Assembly (NCBI GenBank): GCA_032718475.1 | Contig: JAUCBJ010001873.1 | Span: forward strand, 1 to 64,000 | Source: Nemertoderma westbladi | Taxonomy: Eukaryota; Animalia; Xenacoelomorpha | DNA length: 64,000 nucleotides | Reading direction: 5' to 3' | Position numbers and translations under genes: made by a program | Shown: positions 1 to 11,754 of the stretch, piece after piece | Numbering within the stretch: position 1 is the stretch's first letter | How the letters are laid out: the number at the start of each line of letters is the position of its first letter | Notes under the pieces: generated by a model | The model's database searches: none | Told to the model about the DNA's origin: nothing | What the model saw: only the letters and a program-made list of their open reading frames with translations

Positions 1-1541
1 TAAATCAATGATAGAAGCTGATGGAGACAGTGACGAAGTTCGAGCTTTAGGGATAGTCTGGAACCGAAGAACAGATGCATTTGAGTACCATATGGCGAAA
101 ATGAAAAGAGGGAAACATACTAAAAGGGAATATCTATCCTTTGTTGCCCGGATCTATGACCCAATGGGTCTACTCTCAAGGATCACAGTTGTTGGTCGAC
201 AAATACTTAGGGAAGCCCATCTACTGAAAGTAGGTTAGAATGATGAACTTCCCGAAGGAATAAGGAAGAAATGGGACAAATGGATGGATAGTTTACAACT
301 ACTAGATAAGATCACGATAGATCGGGCCTACTTTCCCGACGGAAACATGGAAAACTTAGAGATACATATCTTCAGTGATGCCTCAGACAAAGGCTATGGA
401 GCAGTAGCCTATGTGGTTCAAAGACAGAATAATAGAAGGAGGGCTCGGGTTGCATATAGTAAGGCGAGACCGGCCCCATTAAAAATCGTCACAATTCCTA
501 GGATAGAACTCATGGCAGCTTTATTAGGAGTGAGAATAGGAAGACAGTTAGGAAAGGCGATTGGAAATATACAAACCTGGTATTTTTGGACTGACTCGAC
601 CACTGTTATTCATTATATCAGGACTGACGCACGAAGATTCAAAGTCTTTGTTGCTAATCGAGTTGCAGAAATCCAAGAACTAACGGACATCAACAACTGG
701 AACTATTGTCCAACGTCAATAAATCCCGCAGACCAAATATCGAGAGGAATAATTGGTACACAGAAGAAGGAAGACGAAGATCTGTGGCAATATGGCCCGG
801 AGTACCTTAAGGATGAAGGAAGATGGCCTGAATTCCCAGGAGGTCCACAGGCCCTACTGGAAGGAGTCAAAGGGGATGACCCAGAATTACGCAGGGAAGT
901 AGTAATGTCAACCACTATAAGAGACAAACCAACAATGACAGAGCGAATACTCCACCATGATCGCTCATGGTATGACACTAAACGGCGTGTAGCGCGATGG
1001 AGGATGTGGATGGCTTGGATACGAACACGGAAAAGTGGAGGGCCCCGACCAGAACTACATGTGGAAAATGCAGGGATGGCTATCATAAAGTACATTCAAC
1101 AGGAGGGCTTCCCAGATGAAGTGGAGAAACTAGTGGTTGGAAAACCTATCCCGAAAGACAGCAACCTGAGACCATTGAGCCCCATTATGAAGGATGGAGT
1201 AGTCTGTATGGGCTCCCGGCTGGGGAATGCTCCAGGAGGGATTGTCCCTGATTGCCCCATATTGATCCCGAAAGACTCAGTTATCGTGGATAAGATTATA
1301 CACGATTCCCATGAAGCCTCACAACATGGAGGTGTGGAAGCAACACTCACGAGGATACGGAGGAAATTCTGGATTCCAGCAGTCAGGAGAAGAGTGAAGG
1401 GCTGGGTGGAGAAGTGTGTTACCTGTCGCACCATTCGTCGACAGAGGGTGGAGCAGGTGATGGCACCTTTACCTGCGGAGCGGATAACACCCTATGAGCC
1501 ACCATTCACAAATTGTGGTATTGACCTCTTTGGTCCTATTA

Positions 1542-2589
1542 CTACTACTACTAGGATCGGCATGCTGCATTGCAGCTGCATTTTTAAGAATGCTGTGCCG
1601 GCTTGTCAACAAAATTGCACCGCCACAACTCCCTATCACCCATGACATTTGCTAGATCATCCGCATCTTTAAGGCCAGTGTCCTTTAAGATGCGTCTCAA
1701 GAAAGTCATGGGCTGTCCACCATGCTTATTCACTCCATGAGGCTGCCAAAGTACAAGATTATGCACTGGCTGGTCCTCACGGCGAAAGCAATGTCCTGCA
1801 AAGCGGAGGCGATTTTGTTCTATTGTCAAGCTTGGGGGAACCAATGAGACACCTCCAATGTTATATAGTGTCTGGTTGGAGATGTGTGCATTGTACTTGA
1901 CACAATGTACCCGGCGTAGCATTCTTGTGAATGTGCCATCCAGAGATTTGGTGTCCTCAGCAGTTAGAGCCCAGCATGGACTCCCGTAGAGGAGTACTGG
2001 AACTACTGCTGCTCTAAATAATCGGACCTTAAGTTTCCGATTAATTCTAGGTGACTTCCAAATCCTGGAAAGCCTATTCAAGGCTGCCCATGCCTTTCCT
2101 TTACGTATTCGAAGGTCCTCACCTGACTTCCGGATCCATGATCCCAGGTAACAGAAGTCGTCCACATGCTCAAGCATACCATCCTTTGAGCTTATGCTCA
2201 TCCGATCAGAGACTTGCTGAGGATTTTCAAAGTTAACTGTCAGAATTTTGGTCTTGCTGGAGTTAATAAAAAGACCAACACTAGAAGCAGCATGTTCTAA
2301 TGAGCTGAGGAGCCGCTGGGCTCCCTCTAATGATTCTGAGAGTACTCCTAAGTCATCAGCAAAGTCTAGATCAGTTAGGTACTTGGCAGGATTTCCTCGA
2401 CTTCTGGAGCCAGTAGGTGGAGTTATCATCACCCCATCATCATTATGATGATCTAAGGACATGCGTAGAACATAGTCAACCACAATAATGAACAAGAATG
2501 GTGCAAGTGTGTCTCCTTGGAGGACGCCCCATAACACTTCAAATGGTTCTGTGTCACCGTCAACAGTAGACACAAATGTTGTCGAACCA
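1542..2589 (-). mobile_element. 5'-truncated RTE-clade LINE inserted in the BEL integrase
   Basis: RT ORF 1584..2573 (GVLQGDTLAPFLF, DLDFADD, YLGSWI, RFAGHCFR); (TAG)n tail; 11-bp TSD TGGTCCTATTA at 1531-1541 and 2590-2600. Confidence 0.95.
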
Positions 2590-4608
2590 TGGTCCTATTA
2601 ACGTCAAAGTGGGTCGACGATATGAGAAACGATGGGGTTCCATATTCGTGTGTTACGCCTCAAGGGCTGTTGCCTTCGAATTAGTTAAAGATGCGAGTGC
2701 GAACTCATTTATTAATGCACTCAGAAGATTCATTACAAGGTGTGGAGCAGTGCGAAGGATTAGCTCTGATAATGGGTCGAATTTCATTGGAGCTAATCGA
2801 GAACTTCAAGATCTCTACCGGATTGCTCAAACACCTGCTATTGAAGAACATGCAAGGAAACAAGGTGTCAAGTGGAAATTCCATACCCTTTATGCCCCCC
2901 ACTCTTCAGGAGTCTGGGAAAGACTTGTAGGAAGTGCTGAGCGGCTCTTAGAGGCAAGCACCCGAAATCGATGCCTTGATGAGGACGCATTCCGCACAGT
3001 GTTAGCAGAAACAGAAGCAACAATGAATGCGCGGCCGCTATGTGCGTTAAATGATGACCCGAATTCTTACGAGGTTTTGACACCAAACCATCTACTATTG
3101 AGGAGACCAGTCCAGGTTTTGAGTAAAGACCTGTTTGACGAGAATGACCTATATTCCAGAAAGACATGGAAAGTAATACAAGTAGTATCAAAGATATTCT
3201 GGCGCCAATGGGTAACTGAATATCTACCAACCCTTCACAAGCGACACAAGTGGCGGGTGGAAAGGAGAGATCTGAAACCGGGAGATCTAGTCATAGTGAC
3301 AGATGACACCCTAGCGAAACACGATTGGGTGATGGCCAGAGTAGTAAATTGCCTGCAGGGACCCGATGGGCACACTAGAACGGTCGAATTGAAGACGAGT
3401 GGAAAGAAACTTGTAAGACGTCCGATAAGCAAATGTTGCTTATTGGAGCAAACTGTCTAATTTATGCCAAAGGCATGGGGGGAGGGTCCATGTATACCTC
3501 AAATCGTACCTAAATTAAGATTTATAATATATTATCAAATTTACAAATGAATAGAAGAAAACTGAACTAGTACTTTAGGATAGGCTGATACATTGACTGA
3601 ATGGTAACCTGGGGTGAAATATATGTTTCCGGAACATAAAATGTATGTGTGAAATGAATGAATGGTTATATGACGCAATACTGAACACAGCCCTAATGAA
3701 CAATGAACTTGCAACTTCTCAGTTGCGGAATGAACTGAAGGAATGAATGAATGGAACAATTGTAGTATAAAATGAACTTAAATTATGGGAAACATAGATT
3801 TCATTAGCAGCAACCATAGAACATGAAACCAGCAAATTCCAGAACGTATAATAAAACTTTATAGTGTAACTGACCATTTAGTCAATTATGGATATTATAC
3901 GTTATTAATGATAGTACTGGATATCTGGATATAGAAGAATTATCATATATAACTAGCTTATTAGAATTAATCTCAGAGGAGCCGTAATGAGGACTGTGAT
4001 GTGTAAAGGATGCGGTGGCGAAGTGGTACCACGGGGAGAAACATTTAAAACGTGGCTTATGAACTGTCTTGTCTCAGGGTACGAAATGGAGGAACGCGAA
4101 AGTATCGTGACCGCGAATTCTGATAGAAGGGAAGGATTCCCCACTGCAGGAGACCCCATGGGGGGAGTGACCATGGTAGCAGCGACTAGTGGTGACCGTG
4201 GATGGAGCGTTTATGTTCGATTGTTATTACAAAAATAAACGAGGGACCCCATAATCATGAAAGGGAAATACATTATTTGATATGCTCTAACCATATATAT
4301 ATATAATTGAATGGCACTACTTTTGCAATATGTACCTAGGATGAATTAACTAGCGATTTATCTTGAAGCATTATTGAACTACGAAATATTTCGTATATCG
4401 GTATTTTAAAAGGACTTGATTGAATTGTAATGAATTTATAGAGGGAAATAGGAAACCACTCATGGTTTGGCAATCCATGAGCGTGTAATGTTGCCAGGGG
4501 GCCTACATCGCGGAATGACAGTTGATATATATCGTTTTCGGACTCAAACTTTTTAATATAGTCGTGATTTCCTCGAGAAACCATTTATAGTGGTTTCTGG
4601 GGGGAGTT

Positions 4609-5395
4609 TGTTCCCGACTATAGTCAGTATTTCATCGTACAGTATGGCCCAAAATTCTTATCACCTGTTATTGCCGTAGAAATTCCATTTTATTGAGAGA
4701 GAAGGTCATGACGTCATGACATGACGTCACAAAAGTAAAAGTATAGTGTATCTTGCATGAAGACTTGCTCGCCTCATGTTCACGAGAGAATTATCATATC
4801 CTATAATGAGTGAGTGAATATTAGAACCATTTAAAGTGAAAGGACACATTGAGTGAGAGGCAACAATGGAAGTGTAAGGCATCCTCTGGGATTTACCCTC
4901 ACCTGTGTATATTGGTGTATAACGTATTATATATTTTGGCCCCATTTTCTATGGCCTATTGTTATTTGGTAAACCAATCCCAGATGGCTTTCCTTCCATT
5001 CATATATGACGAGAGCAGGATGAGATTAGATTCATTCTGTCGATATAACTTTGTAGAAACGTTACATAGTTTTCACCGTTCGTTCTTTCGTTCGTTCGTT
5101 TATTGTTTGATTCGACTTGTTTCACGAACTGAACTTTTTGGACTCTATTCAGTGACCTATTGGTCACTGAACTTAACTATTATTGTTCTAATTGAACTGA
5201 ACGTACAGTGCATTTGTACTGTACGTGTTATAAATCATTTGTTTGAAGGAAGGAAGCGTCATCATGTGATTGTGCACTGGTGCCGTTTATACATATTGAA
5301 TATTAAAGTAACTAGGACTTGAACTGAGTTTTCTTGACGAACGAAACGGACGCGTAGAAACGACGTTCTTAGAGGGAAAGAATATCGACGGAACA
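4609..5395 (+). repeat. 3' LTR of the BEL/Pao element
   Basis: Follows a purine tract (GGGGGGAG, ~4599-4606); inverted termini TGTTCC...GGAACA; unrelated LINE sequence starts right after 5395. The 5' LTR is outside the window. Confidence 0.75.
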
Positions 5396-6051
5396 AGCAA
5401 ATCATGCGATAAATATTTTGAAGATAAGTGGAGTTCTGAATTAAAATCGAAACCTAAACTACGTACCTATATTAAATTTAAAAGTATTTTCGGTGCAGAG
5501 CAATATGTTGTTAATAAGTGTGTTACACGTAGCCAGCGCAGTCTAATGGCTCAATTCCGGTGTGGAGTTCTTCCTCTAGCGATCAAGGTGGGTCGGTTCC
5601 AGGGCAGGTCATTAGAAGACCGCATTTGCACTGTGTGCCGATCTGGCGAGATCGAGGATGAGGTCCACTTTCTGAGTGACTGTAGTGCTTTAGACCGCTC
5701 TTCTATACCACTAGATATACGTAAATTAAATAATCAACAAAAACTTAAATATTTCATGTGCGATAATCAAGTTGGTGCGGTTAAATATTTATCTTCATTG
5801 TTTGATGAACGGAAAAATATATTGTACAATCATTTGTAATTGATTACTGATTTGTAAATTCGAATATTTTCTCTATCATATATTTCAGCTATATTCAGTT
5901 TTCTCTATAATTATAGTTATTCATCTCTCTTTTTAAATATATTTTTGTGTTATAGTGCTGTGCATTATTATAATCTGGTGTCTGGTAAGCCCCTAGCGGC
6001 TCGGGGCATGAGCCCATGACATTAAAATTCAATTCATTCATTCATTCATTC
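5396..6051 (+). mobile_element. 3' end of a non-LTR retrotransposon (CR1/L2-like group)
   Basis: KPKLRTY...MAQFRCGVLPL...RICTVC...EDEVHF...C is a typical LINE ORF2 C-terminal zinc motif; (ATTC)n tail at ~6027-6051. Confidence 0.8.
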
Positions 6052-6212
6052 AAAATATCACGACACAAGACAAACCGAAAATCTAAAATAACACCAAGAT
6101 GTGTTTGTTTCCTGTTCCACCCAAGGCAGGCAGGCGCCTTGGGCGGAACAGGTAACACAACACATCTTGGTGTCAATTTAGATTTTTGGTGTAGTTTGTC
6201 TCGTGATATTTT
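6052..6212. repeat. Imperfect ~160-bp palindrome (MITE-like)
   Basis: Arms pair throughout: AAAATATCACGA/TCGTGATATTTT, ACACCAAGATGTGTT/AACACATCTTGGTGT, CCTGTTCCACCCAAGGC/GCCTTGGGCGGAACAGG. Confidence 0.8.
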
Positions 6213-6777
6213 AGTGAAAAGGGGTGTTTTAATTGGTAAGTTGTCAGGGCTACATAAAGGAATTTAATTTTAATTGCCAGATAATATAACCTATGTACTC
6301 ATTCTATTTGCGACCAGTTTTTATGGTGGGGCATTATGGGATTTATGGTCACCAGAGTGCAATAAAATATACTAATGGTGTGGAATACTAATGTACAGAT
6401 GGAGTGGGGGTTACCGTTCAATTTGCATAGATTCACGGTTGAATCTATAGTTGGTTTCACAATCATCCTAAGATAATGCTCTGTAAAAGGGTTATCAATT
6501 TTGCAAAGAATCTTTTGTGGTCGGATAATCTTTCAGTTAGGTTTCTGTCTATGTTACGGTATACTGATTGTAGGAGTACATTGGGGTGCAATTTGCGTAT
6601 GATTTGTAATGCTTGTGGGATACATGACATGAGTACCTTAGGCCATCTATAATTAAAGATAGTGAGCTCGAGTATTGCTGCCAGGTGATATTAATTAATT
6701 AAATAGAATTAATTAATTTGTTCAACAGAAGTTGATTAGGTGGGAGTGTGAGTGTCACGGGCTAGTGGCTGAGCTGG

Positions 6778-6827
6778 TTAGCGCTACTGATGAGGCCTGT
6801 TAGGCCGAAACATACGTATAGCGCTGG
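6778..6827 (+). ncRNA. Type I hammerhead ribozyme
   Basis: Stem I TTAGCGCTA/TAGCGCTGG; core CTGATGA at 6787-6793; stem II GGCC-TGTTA-GGCC; GAAA; minimal stem III C-ATAC-G; GTA cleavage triplet. Confidence 0.85.
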
Positions 6828-9250
6828 TCCAACCCCCGGTGACGCGCTTTCTCATTTTTTCCACTTCTGAACAAAACCATCTATCGACATATTATCTAAT
6901 AATAACCCACACAATCAGATTATTATACATTATCCTCCTTTACAAAGCCGCATTCAACTCCCTTAATAGCCTGTGTGATGTATCAATGCCTCAATGGGTG
7001 GTCTCCAGTACTGCAAGGCCCAACTCATCTTGGGGTAAGTTAGCAATCTGTCAATAATAAAAATGAAAGCGAGCCGACATTTAGTCAGTGCATCCAAATA
7101 GATGGCCAAGGAGACAGACAGACTGCATTTAGCTGATCAGTCTAGTTAAAACGCTTCGCCAAATTGTCCATAGGAATTTATTTGGTCATTTTGGCCAGTT
7201 AACGCTTATTGGGATTGTGACTGTATAAAAGGCCCCATTTAACCCTATCAGGCCTGGGGCGCGGGGGGTTGGAGGTGTCATTTATAATTTTTTTTAAATT
7301 CATCTGTATCTTGGAACAGTTAGTTAATTAAAGTAAAAGTAAATGCCGCTTCCTCAGATGGCAGCACATCAATTGAATTACAGGAAAACAATTAAAATGC
7401 ACCTGGATTGAAAATTATACATGATATTTAATTATGAAAAAGTGCCTTTCCGCGTTAAATTTTATTGTGGTTTTAATGAACTATTAATTATTTCGTCCTT
7501 GTTAGGAGAACCATTTAAACCACCACCTGAATTGGTATAAAATTTTGGATAATAATTTGACAAATTAATAATCGCATTTTTTGCTTTTTCTCTGCTCTAC
7601 TATAAAATAGACATGTTGAACATGTAATTATTTCACCTCTAATGGATTTTTGTAAGAATTTTACAAAAATGGAAATGGGGGTTCAAGTCTCCAACCGTAG
7701 GTGTTAATTCTCCTCACATTGAGGGAGACTTGACGCTTTTTCGAAAATACGAATTATTGGTTTTATTTAGAAAAGTTTAACGGTTGAAATTCTCAAACTC
7801 TCACATAATGATAACAATCATAAATGTAAATGATTAAGTTAAAACGGCATTGGAAATTCATTTATCTGTTCTTATTGAACAATTAAAACTTTTGGGATTC
7901 AAGAAAAACAAATAAAAAACTTTTGCGGTTGCCGCATACAATCAACACCTGCGCTGGTTTGTCCACAATACCCAATCCGGACTGCACACCAATGTTTTTA
8001 AGTGCCAATATTTTATAACTCACCTTTTGGGTTAGAAAACGCAAAATGTGCGTTTTAAAAGCCAATCCGCACTACAAATTTAGTTTTAGGGGGGGGGGGG
8101 GGGGGGGGGTGCCTTCATGAGATTTTTGTTAAAACATCTTTAACTTCGTGTTGTAGGTCAATATCACTATTATATATATGGTGTTCAGCCAACGTGGGGA
8201 AGGCCAAAGAGCAAGTAAATTAAATTTGAATTTTTTTTGTGTCCCTCTAACAACGACTGGCGGAATTAAATATTTCACTAAAAACACTACTAGTCACGTA
8301 ATATTTATCCAAATTATTAGAAACCAACTTTTTTGGACTCAGCACCTTCGAATCGAATCTACCTAAATTATCCAGCCGATATTTTAAATTATTAATTTGT
8401 AAGTAAATTTTTTTTAATAACTTTTAACATATTATATTATATTCCTTGTAGCTTGTGCAAACTTAGGTTACTCATCTCTCACTGATCGATGGGATGTGCT
8501 GCTTCTGTAAAGCTCACCCCCCACTTCATGGCTTGCCCCCACATTATCGTGACCTTCTCATATTTCAAATCCTTGCAAATACTATATAATATGAATGAAT
8601 TCAATGTATATCTTATTATTTTTTTTTGAATACATCACACCTGAGCGACCGGTACTCAATTTTAATATTTAATATTTTTAATTCAGTAATGGGAATTGCT
8701 ATTCTTTCGGTATTGGTTGGGCAGTGCCTGAGTGTATCTTTTTTTTGTTTTTTTTGTATAATATTGTGCTTTCAAATTGAAAATGCGGTACCTTGGATAT
8801 CGATTTAATTTAGTATTCTACAGTCGGGGTCTCAAATATTCAATGTATCCTTGTGCATTTAGGTATTAATTGTGCTATGCTGTTAAATTTGGTAGAAATA
8901 ATCTGTACAGTATGTTTTATGGGCTCTGCCCGATGAATAAACTTGAAATTGAAATTGAAATATTAAAATTGTATATAAATTTAAATATACAGCTGCACCA
9001 ATCCAACATCCCACCACCAATCAGAACAATACAATTAAGACAAACCAATTAAACATACAATTAAAAATGGTGCACCGTGGATTAATACCGGTCTGCGAGG
9101 TCATTCCCCCGCAGACCCGCACCATCTCCCAAGCCCAGCGCCCTCTAGGGACGCCGGCCACCACGCAGACAGAGGGAGTTAGAGCGGAGGAGCGCGAACT
9201 GAAGCCGCCTCCGAACTCCCCCGAGAACGCAGGCTAGGCCACGTTCCCGC

Positions 9251-10949
9251 GGAAGCAGGACAATTCGGTCCCGGACAATTCGGTCCGGACAATTCGGTCC
9301 CGGACAATTCGGTCCCGGACAATTCGGTCCCATTAATTTTGTGTTTGGGGACCGAATTGTCCGGGACCGAATTGTCCGGGACCGAATTGTCCGGATACTG
9401 ACTAGGACAACTCGGTCCCAAAACATGCATATTAATGGGACCGAATTTTCCGGGACCGAATTGTCAGGGACCAAATTTAATTGGTATTATATAATGGTGA
9501 ATGTTCTAGAAACTTAATATATATTATTATATGGTAGGTAGCTAGAGTTTTTTTTACTAGCTAGTATTTTTTTTTAAATAAAAAAAATTTACTTTTTTTT
9601 GTTAGCATTATTATTTATGGTAGCTATGGTGTTTTTATGGAGCTTGTGAATTATTTACTAGCTAGTAATAGTATGTATTTAAAATGTTTATTTTTAAAAC
9701 TGATATTTTTTATATACTGCGTATGTATACTGTATGTGTTGTTGGTTGGTTAACAAGCCTAAATTATTATCCTAGATAATAGCTGAATCTCATTCAGGGA
9801 CTGTTATAATATCATCAATATTTTTGGTAATTAATATGTTATTACTAATCAGTTATTCATTAACTAATCAGTTATTAACTAAATTATAAAAGACCAAAGA
9901 AAAGATCAACACCAATCCAAAATGGAAAAATTAGCAAAGGATTCATATGAGTGATCATATGAGGATTATCCTCCCGGATTATATTAAGTAAAGTCAATCA
10001 GTAAAATTACTAGCTAGTAATAGTATGTATTTAAAATGTTTATTTTTAAAACTGATATTTTTTATATACTGCGTATGTATACTGTATGTGTTGTTGGTTG
10101 GTTAACAAGCCTAAATTATTATCCTAGATAATAGCTGAATCTCATTCAGGGACTGTTATAATATCATCAATATTTTTGGTAATTAATATGTTATTACTAA
10201 TCAGTTATTCATTAACTAATCAGTTATTAACTAAATTATAAAAGACCAAAGAAAAGATCAACACCAATCCAAAATGGATGTATACTCTAGCTATATATGT
10301 ATACTCTAATGGATGTAAATGGATGGATCCAGTGATTTATTAATTGGAAAATATATTTGGTAATATTAACTATTATAATAATCAATAATATTAAAATATT
10401 ATTATTAATAATCAGCAACAGTTTAGGCCTAATTCTGAAATATCAATGTTTTCACAAGTGTTTTTATAATTTCAAGGAAATGCTAGCTAGTAAAAAAAAA
10501 CACTAGCTACACCTTAATAAATAATATATAATAATGTTCTCGAACACTACCAATAACAAAAATAAAAAAAATACAGTATTTTTAAATTTCAAAAAATTCT
10601 AGCAAGTAAATAACACTAGCTAGCATAACAAATATCTCTACTAATGTTCTAGAACATTCACCAATATCAAAAAAGCACTAAAACGTTGCTATCAGGAACC
10701 GGACAATTCGGTCCCGGACAATTCGGTCAAGGACAATTCGGTCCTGGACAATTCGGTCCCGGACAATTCGGTCCTAGGACAATTCGGTCCTAGGACAATT
10801 CGGTCCCGGACAATTCGGTCCCGGACAATTCGGTCCCATTTATTTAGTGTTTTGGGACCGAATTGTCCGGGACCGAATTGTCCGGGACCGAATTGTCCGG
10901 ACCGAATTGTCCGGGACCGAATTGTCCGGGACCGAATCGTCCTACATCC
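9251..10949. mobile_element. Foldback-type non-autonomous DNA transposon with 15-bp tandem repeats (GGACAATTCGGTCCC) at its ends
   Basis: Termini GGAAGCAGGAC and GTCCTACATCC; 8-bp TSD GTTCCCGC at 9243-9250 and 10950-10957; repeat arrays in both orientations at each end. Confidence 0.85.
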
Positions 10950-11236
10950 GTTCCCGCATCCCCTGCTTTGTAAGTAAATAAATTAAATGAATTAATTTTA
11001 ATTAATAAAATTTATTACAATTTTCAATAATAGTAAAAAAAAATTTCAAAAAAAGTGCTGGCTATTTTCTCAATATCTTCAAAGTACCTTTCAAATGATG
11101 AAAAATGACGGAGGAGTAGTATTTTGTAATTTGTTACTTTCGAAAAATATAATTCCGTGAAAAATGGGTTTAAAGTTTAGAAACAAATTGTTGTTCATTT
11201 TGTTAATGTAAAGTTTATTTACGTTTTGTAAGATTG

Positions 11237-11697
11237 TACTTTTCTACTAGTGAAGGCTAAAAAATATGTTCCCTAAGGTATTTTTCATTCTGATTATGAA
11301 AATGTGATATTTCTAATACATTCGTTCCATTTATTGGCTTTATTGATTGTATTGATTTATTAATTGGAAAATATATTTGGTAATATTATTTTTAAGATAA
11401 CGTAAATGTGAAAGATAAAACTAAATAAAGTGTGATTCAACGAATATCTGCAGTATAATACACGACCAAATACTATAATGCTGATGTCGGAATCACAATA
11501 CTAGAATCAATCAATCAAAAGATATTGATTTTACTGATTGACTTTACTTAATATAATCCGGGAGGATAATCCTCATATGATCACTCATATGAATCCTTTG
11601 CTAATTTTTCCATTTTGGATTGGTGTTGATCTTTTCTTTGGTCTTTTTTACTGTCCTTTTGAATGCTACGTCGGACTCGCATGAAGTCTTTCCGAAT
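11237..11697 (-). repeat. ~460-bp inverted copy of 15980..16440
   Basis: Near-identical reverse complement by direct comparison. Confidence 0.9.
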
Positions 11698-11754
11698 CTA
11701 ACCTATCTACCGAATCTAATCTAACTATGAAGTCTAACCGAAGTCTTTCTTGAA

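Larger units (their letters stand above)
1..5395 (+). mobile_element. BEL/Pao LTR retrotransposon, 3' part (RT end, RNase H, integrase, 3' LTR); runs off the window start
   Basis: ORFs 8..238, 284..1645 and 2576..3460 share one frame and carry BEL motifs IYDPMGLL, HIFSDAS, TIPRIELMAA, WTDST, FVANRV, NPAD, H-H-C-C zinc finger, SDNGSNF, GVWER and LTPNHLL. A TAG at 236-238 and a LINE insertion interrupt pol. Confidence 0.95.

Noticed and set aside
236-238. In-frame TAG in BEL pol as programmed readthrough
   Set aside because: It falls at a usually conserved Trp in mid-pol, so a TGG-to-TAG mutation is the simpler explanation.
4849-5322. 157-aa ORF
   Set aside because: It lies within the LTR, starts at a non-ATG codon and has no motif.
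8088-8109. Long G/C homopolymers (also ~15372, 25593, 49200, 55719) as functional G-quadruplexes
   Set aside because: Scattered, with no consistent context; homopolymer lengths are unreliable.
9145-9474. Repetitive ORFs (PDNSV, GPNCP), also at 31446..31769 and 32414..32605; CRISPR-like appearance
   Set aside because: These are translations of the 15-bp transposon repeats. There are no unique spacers, and the context is eukaryotic.
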